Part shown: piece by piece, positions 40,097-52,705 of the stretch
Numbering within the stretch: the first letter of the stretch is position 1
Layout of the letters: the number at the start of each line of letters is the position of its first letter
Assembly: GCF_006345805.1 (NCBI RefSeq)
Contig: NC_043004.1
Location: forward strand, 86,552,001-86,616,000
Direction of reading: 5' to 3'
Origin: Octopus sinensis
Lineage: Eukaryota
DNA length: 64,000 bases
Program-made: the position numbers and the translations under genes
Notes under the pieces: generated by a model
Told to the model about the DNA's origin: nothing
Databases searched by the model: none
Seen by the model: the letters and a program-made list of their open reading frames with translations, nothing else

Positions 40097-42119
40097 TACT
40101 ACTATTACTATTACTGTTGTTGTTGTCGTTGTTGTTGTTGTTCTTTCAGCTTTGACACTGAGATGGTACTTTACAAGCACTAGATTCTGTGTTTCTTGAC
40201 ACCGTGTTTTGGGATTTATTTCTTTATGTCTACTTCTCATTTCTTTAAAAAAAATTTATGACTTGGGAACAGAAATAAAAATACCCAATAAACATTTAAT
40301 AAATAAATATATAAATAAGTAAATAATGAATGAATTAAAAGGAAAGAGAAGAGCAATACCGGTGGTGATGGTGATGGTGGTGGTGGCGATGGTAGTGGTG
40401 GTGGTAGTGGTGGTGGTGGTGACGGCGGCGGCGGCGGCGGCGGTGGTGGTGGTAGTGGTGGTGGCGGCAGTTGCAGCAGTTTCGGTGGCAGTGGTGACAC
40501 TACTACTAGTAGTAGTAGTAGTAAAGAATTTAAAGTAAAGGAATTCTAAACTTTGGCACAAGCCCATACATTTTGAGTTAAGGTAGTATGTCTCAACCAT
40601 TTTTTTTTTTTACCTATGGACCCTTTTGATTCCTACTCTACTCTATTGGACCTTCATACCCATTCAATGTTTAAAAAAACACCCTATTATATTTTTATAA
40701 TTAAATATCATTATGAAGTGTATAAAAAAAAATTACTAAAATATTTTTGTGCGTTGTAGAAGCATAACCAATTTCTTGCACATTAATTCAAACACGCTGT
40801 TTAAGGATTTAAAAAAAAGTGAAAGTTAATTGAGCAGAAGTGAGAACAGTGCTGTCCCATAATTTCATCAAGAAATCTGGTGAAATCCCTTAATTCTATC
40901 AAGAGAACACCCTCATTATGCCACATTAACAGACTCCTTCTTGTGTGGATGTTCACCAAGAAGAAACTCCAGTGACAATGTGGGACTAGTGATGTTTTAT
41001 TTACATCATATCTTCATGGGCAGATGTGGCAAAGCAGATTTAGTGATCCTTAAAAAACTATTCATGAATCTCATTTTGTGCCTCAATAATTCTTATGTTT
41101 TTTTTTTTTTTTGGTAAATGGGATTGTTTTCTTCTTAGATAAAATATATGTATAGTTTTCAACTTATGTCAAATGCAGGAGTTGCTACTCTGGCAACGAT
41201 CATGCTCGGATGGTGCTCTTGGCGCTCCACTAGCACGGATGCCAGTCATCATGAAAAAAAAAACGCCTCATGATGGGGCTACAAAAAACGGACCTGTGCT
41301 GGTGCCACATAAAAGGCATCAAGTGCACTCTATAAGTTGTTGGCATTAGGAAGGACATACAGCTGTAGAAACCATGCCAAAACCGATGATTAGAGCCTGG
41401 TGAAACCTTCTGGCTGGCCAGATCCTGTCAAACTGTCTAAACCATGCCAGCATGGAAAGTGGACATTAAATGACGATGACAATTGTGATGGTGTGATGAA
41501 AAGAAAATTTCTTCCTGAGACTATTTCTTCAGCAAAAAGTCTTTCCATGTCCAAGTATACATGAGTATGATAAATATGATTGTATACACATGTATCTTAC
41601 TCAACATTGTTTTGTACAACTTTAGTTATTTCTAGTTAGCTCTTTTTTGATACACCCTGCATTAAATATGTTAGCTAACTTAACTACGATACATGTATTC
41701 ACTTATTAGAATATTACATTCTTTAAACCATAATAAATAATACACAACGATAAAACAATAAAACAATTTACTAAGCAACAAAGCATGTCAGTAATGTATT
41801 TTTTGTTTTTCTTTATTTTCTTCATGAAGCATCCTAATTGGTATAATTAATTTTCTTTGCCTTTCTGTCAACTCTTATTAAATCATCTACCTCCAACTTT
41901 GTTACCTTAAACAACAGTTTATCAATCATATCACAAATGTATATAGATTACTAAACTAACAATGTACTCTCAGAGTTTAGTTGTGTCTTCAATTATATTA
42001 ATGGCTTTATGATACCTGTAATATGTTTTGTTGTACTTATTTCATTGTCACTTAATCCTAGATAAATGTTACACAGACTCGCTATTTCACTTCGTTAATT
42101 TCTAGTAAGAAAGAAGATA

Positions 42120-42890
42120 AAACTCTCTGTCAGGTAAATGGCCCTGCTCAATATGTAGGAAAGGAGTTGGAAGAAATTCCATTCATTGCACCCAGTATAA
42201 ACTATGGACACATAAGAGGTGCAGTGGAATCACAGGTAGATTAACAGATAAAGTCATCTTTGTATGTGGCAGATGTACAAGAACAATAAGAACTAAGATC
42301 ATACAGGACTTAGATTCTCAGGAGGTTCTCTTGATGTTGTAGATTGTTTCTGTTACATAGGTGAGCAAATTACCAATGGTGGAGGATGTTCTGAAAGTAT
42401 TGTTTCTAGAATAAGAATTGGGTGGAGCTATTACCTCTGTTGGCAATAAAAGGACTCTCTCTCAGAGTGAAAGGTAGACTATATGATGCTTGTGTGTGAA
42501 CAGCTATACTCCATGGTAGTGAGACATGGGCTCTGAATGCTGGAGACATGCATAAACTGAAGAGTAATGAAGGTAGTATGGTCCATTGAATATGCAACAT
42601 CAGTACACAGGTACAGCAAAGTACAAATATATTGAAAGAAAAGTTGGACATCAAATGTAGCATGCAAGAGAGAAGACTATTGGACATGTGATGGATATGA
42701 ATGAGGACAGCTGCTTAAAGAATTGCTAGTTACTGAAAGTGGATGGTGCCCATGGAAAAGGGAGACCCAGAAAGACGTGGGATGAAGTGGTAAGGATCGA
42801 TCTCAGGATGTCGTGCCTCATGGAGAAAATGACAATGGACCAAGATGTCTGTCGATATAAAGTTCTAAAGACCTGCCCACATCAGCAAAA
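42120..42890 (+). mobile_element. Degenerate RTE LINE 3' fragment with PHD-like insert
   Basis: Homologous to 35630-36420. Confidence 0.9.
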
Positions 42891-42950
42891 TTGAGTTCTA
42901 GAAGCACTGTATGTCCCACCCACACTTAACAAGAAAACTTCTCACACATT

Positions 42951-43958
42951 CTACACACCAGGTGAGTATGGTGGATGATGGAGAACTTCTAACAGCAACT
43001 CCTGTAGTATCGCCAATGTCATTTTTGCGATGTGTGACCTGGTGTTGTCTTGCAATAAAATAGAAGATCTGTTGACTAATCTAGGCTGTTTTTTTGTAAG
43101 TTTCTGCACCATTTGGTGCAGTTGGCTGCAATATACTTTGGCCGTGATTGATGAGCCAGGATTACTGTAATGGCTCACACCTGTGCCAGACCACCAAGCA
43201 CACACCATCAGCTTCTTTTGATGAATTTTGCTTTTTGGACTGTGTTTTGGTGGCTCATCTTAGTCCAACCATTGTGCTGAACATTTACGGTTGTTGTATT
43301 GGATCCATTTCTCATCACATGTCACAATTCAATTCAAAAATGTTTCATTTTTGTGACAAGAAAGTAGCATAATGCAGGTTCCCAAACATTGCTGTTTCTG
43401 AATTTCATTGAGTTCATGTGGAACCCACTTATCCAACATTTTCCTTTTACTGATTTGAACTAGGTGAGTCAATATTGTTTGGTTGCTAACACCAAACAAC
43501 AACTATAATTCACGGGAACTTTAAGATGGGTCTGACTCAATGGTGTCTTTCAGTTTGTCATTATCCACCTTTGTTTCTGGTCAACCGCATTGCTCATTTG
43601 TGAGGTCAAAGTTACCAGAACGAAATTTTGCAAACCAATTTGGTACTGTCTGCTGTGTAATAACATTAGAATGAAATACTCCATTAACTTTCCGAGCTGT
43701 CTGTGATGCTATATTTCCAAGAAAGAACTCATATTTCAAAACTGTACGAATTTCTGGCTTATCCATCTCTAAACAAAAATAGCAAAAAACGATGTATAAA
43801 TACTTTATAAAACACAAAATGAGTTAGAATAAAGAAATAGATGTGTCAGCTTTCTAACAAAAGATAAAAATTGTCAAAATATAATAATGGTGCAAAATGA
43901 GCACCTGTCAAAGTTTACCATATACCTTATGACAAATTTCATACTTGATGACCTAATA
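42951..43958 (-). pseudogene. mariner transposon with degraded transposase
   Basis: TA-TTAGGTCATCAAG TIR. WVPHEL, VTCDEKW, QDNTRSH and HPPYSP motifs. Contains stops. Confidence 0.92.
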
Positions 43959-45944
43959 TATATATATATATATATGATTCTGAAGATTCCACTAGAGTAG
44001 ATGCAAGTGCTAATATATGATTTATAAAAACATGTGACATATTAATAAAAATCAGTAAATATAAAACCATCCAGATTTCTGAGTACCTCATTTATTCTAA
44101 TATATATATATATAAAGAGGCAGATAGAGATAATTGTATGTGTTTGTATTTGTCTTCCTCTCTGCTTGACAACTGGTGATGGTTTGTTTACATCCCCATA
44201 ACTTTACAGTACAGTAAAAGAGGCTGACAGAATAAGTACCAGATAATATATGTGTGTGTATATCTATATAAGGATCCCCTTCAGTCTGAATGACCATGGG
44301 ATTGCACCTAGAATGTTCCCCTCTGGGGCACATGTCCAAGTAAAATTGTTTATGGAAGACCAGCAGTCACCCATGCATGTCAGTCTCCCATCTCCATGTC
44401 ATCGATGTTATCCAAGGAATAGGCAAAAATTGATACAGCTTAGCACCGATGACATCACGACTCATTTCTACAGCTGATGAATGAACTGGAGCAATACACA
44501 GCCCCATCCAAGAATCGAACTCACCACATCATGATTGTGAGCCCAATGCTCTAACCACTGAGTCATAAAAGTTGCAGTTGCTGGTGTTGAACTATAAATA
44601 TTCACATCCATCATGTGAACCAATCAATAATATCCTAAGATTTATTGACAGATCTTCACAACTGTCATTGACGTTGCAAAGGATCCTGTTAGAAATTAGA
44701 ACAAAACATTTTCTGTCCCCCCATCACCTTCCGTCACTTCCTACATCTCAGTTCCAATGCTTCTCATTCTTTTCAACATTTTCTGTTTCCCTGCTGTTTT
44801 CTGTGTTCCAGTAACACATGTGATAAATTACGCTTAACTTTTCTTTCTGACTTGTTTTGCTATGTCCAGATAACTTATCAATCATTTTCGTGGCTGTGTG
44901 GTAAGTAGCTTGCTTACCAACCACATGGTTCCGGGTTCAGTCCCACTGCGTGGCACCTTGGGCAAGTGTCTTCTACTATAGCCTCAGGCCGACCAAGGCC
45001 TTGTGAGTGGATTTGGTAGATGGAAACTGAAGGAAGCTCGTCGTATATATGTCATCATCATCATCATCATCATTTAGCGTCCGTTTTCCATGCTAGCATG
45101 GGTTGGACGGTTCAACTGGGGTCTGTGAAGCTGGAAGGCTTCATCAGGCCCAGTCAGATCTGGCAGTGTTTCTACGGCTGGATGCCCTTCCTAACGCCAA
45201 CCACTCCATGAGTGTAGTGGGTGCTTTTTATGTGCCACCCGCACAGGTGCCAGACAGAGCTGGCAAACGGCCACGAACGGATGGTGCTTTTACGTGTCAC
45301 CAGCATGGGGGCCAGGCGAGGCTGGCAACGGACACGAACGGATGGTGCTTTTACGTGCCACCGACACAGGGGCCAGACAGAGCTGGCAAACGGCCACGAA
45401 ATGGATGGTGCTTTTACGTGTCACCGGCACAGGGGCCAGGCAAGGCTGGCAACGGACACCAGCCTCGCCTGGCCCCCGTGCCAGTGACACATAAAAGCAC
45501 CATCCATTTCGTGGCCGTTTGCCAGCTCTGTCTGGCCCCCGTGTCGGTATGTATATATATATGTACATGTGTGTATGTGTTTGTCCCCCCGACATCGTTT
45601 GACAACCAATGCTAGTATGTTTACGTTCCTGTAACTTAGCGGTTTGGCAAAAGACACCGATAGAATAAGTATTAGGCTTACAAAGAATAAGTCCATGATC
45701 GATTTGCTCTACTAAAGGCAGTGCTCCAGCATGGCCACAGTCAAATGGCTGAAACAAATAAAAAGAGAAAAAAGAAAGAGTATCTATTCACTTATTTTTT
45801 TTATTTCTTTCAGTCGTTTGACTGCAGCCATGCTGGAGCACCACCTTTAAGTGAACAAATCAAACCTGAGACTTCTTCTTTGTAAGCCAAGTACTTATTA
45901 TATCAGTCTCTTTTGCCAAACCATTAAGTTATGGGACATTCAAT

Positions 45945-46335
45945 ATGGAGGCCTACATCAAATGCCTGAAGGAGGTAGTGCTGCCCTAGATCAAGAGGGT
46001 GGCTGCTGGAAGACCCTATGTCTAAGAACAGGATTCTGCACCACACCACACAAGCAGGAGAACCCAGTCATGGCTATCAGCCAATTTCTGTGACCACATC
46101 ACCCCTAACATCTGGCCACCTAACTCCCCAGATTGCAACCACCTTGATTATTATGTGTGGGACACAGTTGAGTGAGAGACCAACAAACATCCTTTTATAC
46201 CAAAGATGAACTGAAGGCAATGATTATGGCACCATTGACCAACTTAAGTAAGGAGACTGTCCAGAAGAGTTGCAGGAAATTCTGAAGTCATCTGGAGGCC
46301 GTGGTTCAAGCCCAAAGGTGATTTTATTGAATAAA
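45945..46335 (+). pseudogene. Tc1/mariner (maT/DD37D-like) transposase C-terminal fragment
   Basis: EQDSAPHHTS...WPPNSPDCNHLDYYVW...KDELKA. Confidence 0.85.
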
Positions 46336-46419
46336 TTTACACTTTAGTATTTGAAGATATTTTTATGTAATTTTGGTAAATAAATCTGTTAAAATGAGAT
46401 GTCAGTGTTATTTACAATT

Positions 46420-46735
46420 TTGAAAATTGCTGCCCTTGTGCGGAAATTAGAAACTATTACTAGGACTGTTCTGAAGTTGCTATTCCTGTGGCAAAATTTG
46501 ATACAGTTACCCGTATTGCTATGAAGTGACAGCTCCAGTGGCAAAATGTGAGGCCATCACTAGTAGTGTTATGGAACTGCCAGCCCTGTGGCAAAATCTG
46601 TGACCGTTGCTGTACTTTTATGGAACTGCTGCCCCTGTGACGAAATCTGCGACTGTTGCTATAGTTTTATGGAAGGACTGCTCCACTGGCGAATCTGCAA
46701 CTGGTAATGTAGTGTTATGGAAGTGCTGCCCCTCA
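46420..46735 (+). repeat. ~49-50-bp minisatellite
   Basis: ATGGAA-like anchors at 46471, 46521, 46571, 46620, 46669 and 46717. Confidence 0.8.
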
Positions 46736-47764
46736 GAGGAAATCGTGAAAGTATTAAATGAGATATTCCTGGAACGAGGCCCCGTGGATGAACTGCTTCT
46801 GGATAATGGCACTGCATTTCGCTTGGAAGAGCTGAAAGAAATGCTTGATGGGTGGCAAGTCAACTGCTTCTTCGGCCAAGTGGAAATGGGGTGGTGGAAA
46901 GGCATCATCGTACCTTCAGGATCATGGCAGAGAGGGGCCATATTTCACCAATTGAGGCTGTATTTTGGTACAATATGCCACCCGGCTCAGGACAGGTTGA
47001 GGAGTCGGTGCCACACAGAGCAATATTCAGGTACAAGTGGTGGCATCCATGTGATCCGGGGCAGAGGAAGAGCACACCTTCGTGCAGGTCGGAGAAGAAG
47101 TTTGGGTAAAACCCCCAAACGCACGGTGTACATCACGATGAGGAAAGGGAACAATAACCTCCATCAATTTGAAGAACATCTCTGTCGATGGTATGCCACG
47201 CCACGTTTTGGATGTACGGAAGATTGTTCATGCCTCAGAGGATGGAATCAGCAGCAATGGGCAAGAAGATGAAGACAGAAACAGTAGGCAAGAAGAGGAA
47301 GACAGCATCAGTAGATATGATGATGAAGCCAGCAGCAGCATGCCAGGAACTCAGGCCAGTCCCGAGGTCGCACGGCAACCACAGAGGGAGTGGCACCCTC
47401 CTCCCTGGTTGGTTGATTATGAAACCAGTTAAGGTGTGAGTTCGGGAGCGAGGAGTGAGTGGGAAAGCCGGTTGAATGTTCTGTAGATCGGGGGGGGGGG
47501 GGGGCGTTATGGGCTGTGATGAGCTATGTGGTGTTGGTGAAGAGGATTGCAGATGAGGTAGACGGAAGTGAAGACTGCAGGGGCCGGCTGAACAGCCATG
47601 GGGCATGCGTGGGCCGGAAGCACGTGCGGGGAGTTCGATGAGAGACAGTAGCGTGCGAGGACGTGTTTATTTCTTGAGAGTGATTGCTCATCCCGCCTAG
47701 GTCAACAGGTAAGGTCTCTGTATTCCCTTCTCCCATTTGCTTCTTTTTCCTCCATCACACTACA
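46730..47764 (+). mobile_element. Gypsy 3' end: integrase, G-run PPT, 3' LTR
   Basis: LLLDNGTAF and GNGVVERHHRT. G15 at 47490-47504. LTR ~47505-47764 ends in CA. Confidence 0.88.
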
Positions 47765-48242
47765 GAGGACAACGAACACAGAAAGACAAAATAATGTCCC
47801 ATTATATAACCATTTCGAACAATTACTTCAACATACTAAATTTTAAGCTTTCCATGGGTGCAACCTAACTAATATTATTAATGATAATCATGGCTTCAAA
47901 TTTTGTCACCAGAGCAGCAATTTTGTGGGACGGGGACGAGTCGATTACATCGACCCTAGCGCTCATCCGAAGGGATGAAGGGCAAAGTCGACCTCGGTGG
48001 AATTTGAACTCAGAATGTAAGGACTGACGAAATGCTACTTAGCATTCTGCCTGGCGTACTAACAATTCTACCGGCTCGCTAATGATAACAATGGTTTTAA
48101 GAATAGTGATAGCAGTGAGGATAGCAACAAGAACAACAACAACAAAGACAACTATGAAAATATGCAAACCAACACTAACAACAACAGGAACAATAATAGA
48201 GAGAACCAGAGAGATAGTAGTGAGAGAAATGATGAGCTAGAG

Positions 48243-48390
48243 CTGTGGTTCCCAACCTTTTCACTACCAAGGACCCCTTTTATTTAAATGAGTTTTCCTA
48301 CGGACCCCAGTATATTGAATAGTCTTGTCAGCTTAACATGTTCACAGACACCCTGTACTACTTTTGCGGACCACAGGTTGGGAACCACTG
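48243..48390. mobile_element. hAT MITE
   Basis: CTGTGGTTCCCAACCT and AGGTTGGGAACCACTG TIRs. Confidence 0.75.
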
Positions 48391-48479
48391 GGAGAGAAGA
48401 AGAAAATGTCGATAGCCAGCCTGCCAAACAACATTCAGGCAGTGCAACCTCACAACACCAACTTGAGAGAAATAACAAT

Positions 48480-49810
48480 ACAAGCACATGTAGAGAGGGA
48501 AAAGATTCTCCATGCTCACATCATGATGTGATCAAACCTCATAGGACTAAAGAAACGCACGACCAACAACTTTCAAGTTGCAAATAACGATGTCCCAGCG
48601 CTGTATAGACTCCGCAAGGATAAAAAAGCGACCACTGATCCAGTGGCAAGACCATCAAGAACGCCACAGAATCAACAAATGGAACCCCACCTGCGACGCA
48701 ACAGGATGCATAATAGGCAGTATGGATGTGGTGTCTCTACATTCATCCACTGATGTTGATTTAGCTGTTGAGATGATCAGTGAGAGCGACATGGAGAAGA
48801 TGGAACTGGTGGACCAGAGCCATACGAACCCACGATAACTACAATCACATAAGAAAAATGGTTGCACATGCGGTAGGTGTGAGTACCAAAGTTACATGAA
48901 AGGGCCACGTGTTCAAGTTTAATGACAAGATATGAGCCCAAAAAGAGGGTGCAGCCATCGGTGTCAGTATGCTATTGTGGGACAGAAGACCTCAAAGAAT
49001 GCTTAGCAGAGAGCTCCATAACCCTAAACATGTGCTCCCGTTTTGTGGATGGTATCAACATAGTGGAAAAACACCCCTGCAAGACAGTGGTGCTTTTCAA
49101 TGAACTAGAAGCTAACTTTATGAAGGGCATCCAGCATGTAGCTAACTCCATCCACTTGAATATTTAAGTAACAACAAATTTCCTTAGCAAAGACCCTAAC
49201 AACAGACAATCGATTTTAGACACACAACTCTGGCTGGAAACCAGGAGCAACAAGGTCCAGATCCTTCATTCCCACTATACCAAACCCATGGCCTCTAAAT
49301 ACGTCTACGTGAACGCAGCTCTTGCAGATAATATCAAGTTCAATATCCTAAAAGCGGACTTGTTAAAGCTGATGAGAAACGTATCATGCATGTGCGACCC
49401 AACGGAATTAGAAAGACACATACAACACTTCATATCTATCGTATCCAGTTATCTGAGTACAGCCAAACAGATGGGATCAGAGTATACAAAGGATTCAAGG
49501 GTAAGTTCAAGACCATAATAGAGAATGGGATCTCCCGGCGAAACAAGAGTAAATTGTGGAATAGCAAAGAAAGAACCAAAAAGACAGATAAAGCCAACTC
49601 ATGGTATGACAACCGAGAATATCGGAATTTCATGTTCGTTTATGCTACCCCTGGGGGCGAATTAGCATACCTTTTTAGGAAAACGTTAGATAAGATAAAT
49701 CAACAATTAAAGTTGTGAAAATGTCAAGGAACCAAATAAAATCCTTGATCTGTAGAACACATCCATTTGGAAGAACCTCTTGAATGGATGGCAACTGTAT
49801 AGTGTATGGG
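48480..49810 (+). mobile_element. Degenerate Penelope-like RT (Neptune/Naiad-like)
   Basis: IGSMDVVSLHSS, SRFVDGI, ANSIHLNI, YTKPMAS and FVYATPGGELA. Several frameshifts. Confidence 0.8.
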
Positions 49811-51781
49811 ATAAACCCACAAATTACCAAATTTAGTTCTTGTTTTGACGAAGAAATAAGGAACCGGGGTGGGATAAATAAATTTGTATAAGATTTACGA
49901 TATTCTCAGTAGCAATAGCAATGTTGAAGATGTGAAACTTTTACAACTGGGAATCGAAATGAAAACAACTCGCCAAGAGTTGTGTGGAAAATAATGCGCG
50001 CATAACATTTTTCAGGCAGAGTTTCCTCAAGTGATTAATTATTGTTTGTTGTCAGTCATAATTTGTTCTTTGTAATCAAATAGATATGATTTTACAATTA
50101 TTACGTGAGTAGCTTGGAGAATAAAGTTTAAAGTTGAAAAGAAAAGCAGCATAATGAAAGTAGATGATTTCAGTAATAGGGATGTATGAAAATCAGACTC
50201 GACTTTTCTACATTACCGAAACGAAAACTGAATGCATAATTCAGACTTTTACATTCAAGAGATGACATTAATTATCGAGCTTTATACGAGAGAAGAATAT
50301 GATTGTATCACACACAAAGTATGTAAAATTATGGGTGGCGGGGAATCAAAAATAAAAAATTAGAGGGGTGCATAATTTGTCGATTTTGAAGCAATCGCTT
50401 TTTCCTTTCGGTAATTCAAGAAAACCAAGTCAGATTTTGACATTTATCATTACTGTTGCTCCCAGTTTTAATTACCCCGTTTTCATCCTATTTTTACTTG
50501 ATACAAAATATAATTTGGGGGCGTGACTATCTAAATATTACCAACTAGAATGTTTTTTTAATAAATGTCTATATGGAGTGATATCTATTTGTTTAGTAAA
50601 CATATTTAGTTTCGATGTGAACAGGGTCGCTAATGGTATGCAAAGCTCAGCAAATAAACGTCAAAATAAAAATGTTATTTTGATCGCAACGTTGCAACAC
50701 ATAACAAAATGTTCAATAGAGGCAGCACGCCAACGAAAACCTAAGACTCAATAATTAGAGCCAAACTGAACGGTGCGCACACACACAAATCTAGCGTAGT
50801 TATCCTATAAAGAGCATCACAAACAGATGGATATGTCTGTATAGGGATGTGCGTGTCGTTTATTATATATTTTTTCGTTAATTCTTGCCTTTTCGTTTTA
50901 TATAGTTTCGTCATAATTCGTTCTTTTCATCGTTCAATCTAGAGACCCCGCCTTTTTTTTCTTTTCACTTATCTTACTGTCCTTCATGGTCGCTCATTTA
51001 AACCCCCAGCAACATTTTGCTGCTGACGCCGTCAAATTGAACAATATTATCGATAAGGCATCGAAATTGTGATGATTTTTAGTTGATAACTAATAAAGGA
51101 TAAACGTGTTCACGCCCTTTGTACGTATTTTCCCCTGTTTTCCGTATGTTTCTACATCGTTCTCTGGTATGGCCTATATTTCTACCTAATTACTGTCAAG
51201 GTGTTGCATACCGAATTATGGCACGAACACCCTTCCGTAAATAATTTTTGGCAATTAATTTTTCGTACTTGATTTAGACACATGCAAACTCCCAAATAAT
51301 TTACAGTAGTAAATTTGATAGGTTTCCTTTTGCTTCTGCTTTTCTAAAAAAAAAGAGGAAAAAATTGATTTTAAAAACTTTTCTCGAGTAAAAGATCATT
51401 TTGCTTCGTGAATTAGGAATTAAAACGGACGAAGCTTGGAATAGTCCATTTTATAATATTCGGTTGACAACATACAAATACGAAGACGTTACATTTTATA
51501 CAAACATGTGGCTACGTATTAAAATTATGTATAGATGCACTAGCTCTTTTCTTTTTATCGATTATCGATAATCTAGTTTTCTCAGCAGCTACTACCTTAA
51601 ATAGTGGGTGTGTAATAGAAAAAAATCAAGAATGTGGCGAGAAACATTTATTTAAATTTTTCGAATATCAATTATAGATGTTGTAATCAGTAAAAATATT
51701 GATATTATACAGCAGAAATTTTGAAAAGCATTTAGCAATGTTAAGAATAATAAGCTAAAATAAGAAACCTATTTTCAATCG

Positions 51782-51853
51782 GGGGATGTAGCTCAGTGGT
51801 AGAGCGTTCGCTTTGCATGCGAAAGGCCCCGGGTTCGATCCCCGGCATCTCCA
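51782..51853 (+). tRNA. tRNA-Ala(TGC)
   Basis: 72-nt cloverleaf. Acceptor stem GGGGATG/CATCTCC with G3:U70, anticodon stem TTCGC/GCGAA with loop TT-TGC-AT, T-loop GGTTCGATCC, discriminator A. Confidence 0.97.
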
Positions 51854-51856
51854 GAA

Positions 51857-51863
51857 TTTTTTT
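51857..51863 (+). terminator. Pol III terminator (T7)
   Basis: Run of 7 T starting 4 nt after the tRNA. Confidence 0.85.
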
Positions 51864-52482
51864 GCGTTGGATTATAAATTTTCTTTGATTTTTCATCCTA
51901 CTTCGTGTTAAACTCATTGATTTTGTTACCTTTCTTTTGCTTTTTGAGTCATTAGAATGCGACCGAGCTGGGGCACCAACTTAAGGATTTAGTTAAACAA
52001 ATTGTTTTTAGTACTTATTTTTAAAGTCTGGCACTTATTCTATTGATGCCTATTGCCGAACCGCTAAGTTATAGGGGCATAAACAAGCCAACACCAGTTG
52101 TCAGTTGGTGGTGGAGAACAAACACACAGGCTTACACATATACAGTAATATGTCTACCAAATTCACTCACAAGGCCTTGGTTAACTCAGGCCTATAGTAG
52201 ACCAAGGTGACGTGCATTGAGACTGAATCTAAAACCATGTGGTTGCCAAGCTTCCTAATTACACAGCCATGCCTGCTCCTATGAAGCTGTATATAGACCT
52301 TTTTATTATATTATGAGGTGTAGTATTTTTTCTTTTAAATCTATTTTTACTATAAATACTGACGGCTTTTTAAACAAAACTTCAGATTTTGTGCTTTGTA
52401 AGACAGTTTTTGTGAACAAAGCTTGTTGGCAGTAATACGCCAAAAGGATTTTAGTGAAACAAAAACGGCTTTCATAACATCT

Positions 52483-52705
52483 AGCTGGCAGAACCGTTAG
52501 CACGCCGGACGAAATGCGTAGCCGTATTTCGTCTGCCGTTACGTTCTGAGTTCAAATCCCGCCGAGATCGACTTTGCCTTTCATCCTTTCGGGGTCAATA
52601 CATTAAGTACCAGTTACGCACTGAGGTCGATGTAATCGACTTAATCCGTTTGTCTGTCCTTGTTTGTCACCTCTATGTTTAACCCCTTGTGGGCAGTAAA
52701 GAAAT
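52483..52705 (+). mobile_element. Young Nin/Deu-like SINE
   Basis: Near-consensus copy with CpGs retained. Confidence 0.9.

Larger units (their letters stand above)
49850..51900. promoter_or_regulatory. CpG-retaining unique region, candidate promoter
   Basis: Visibly more CG dinucleotides and fewer repeats than the flanks (judged by eye, not computed). Confidence 0.35.
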
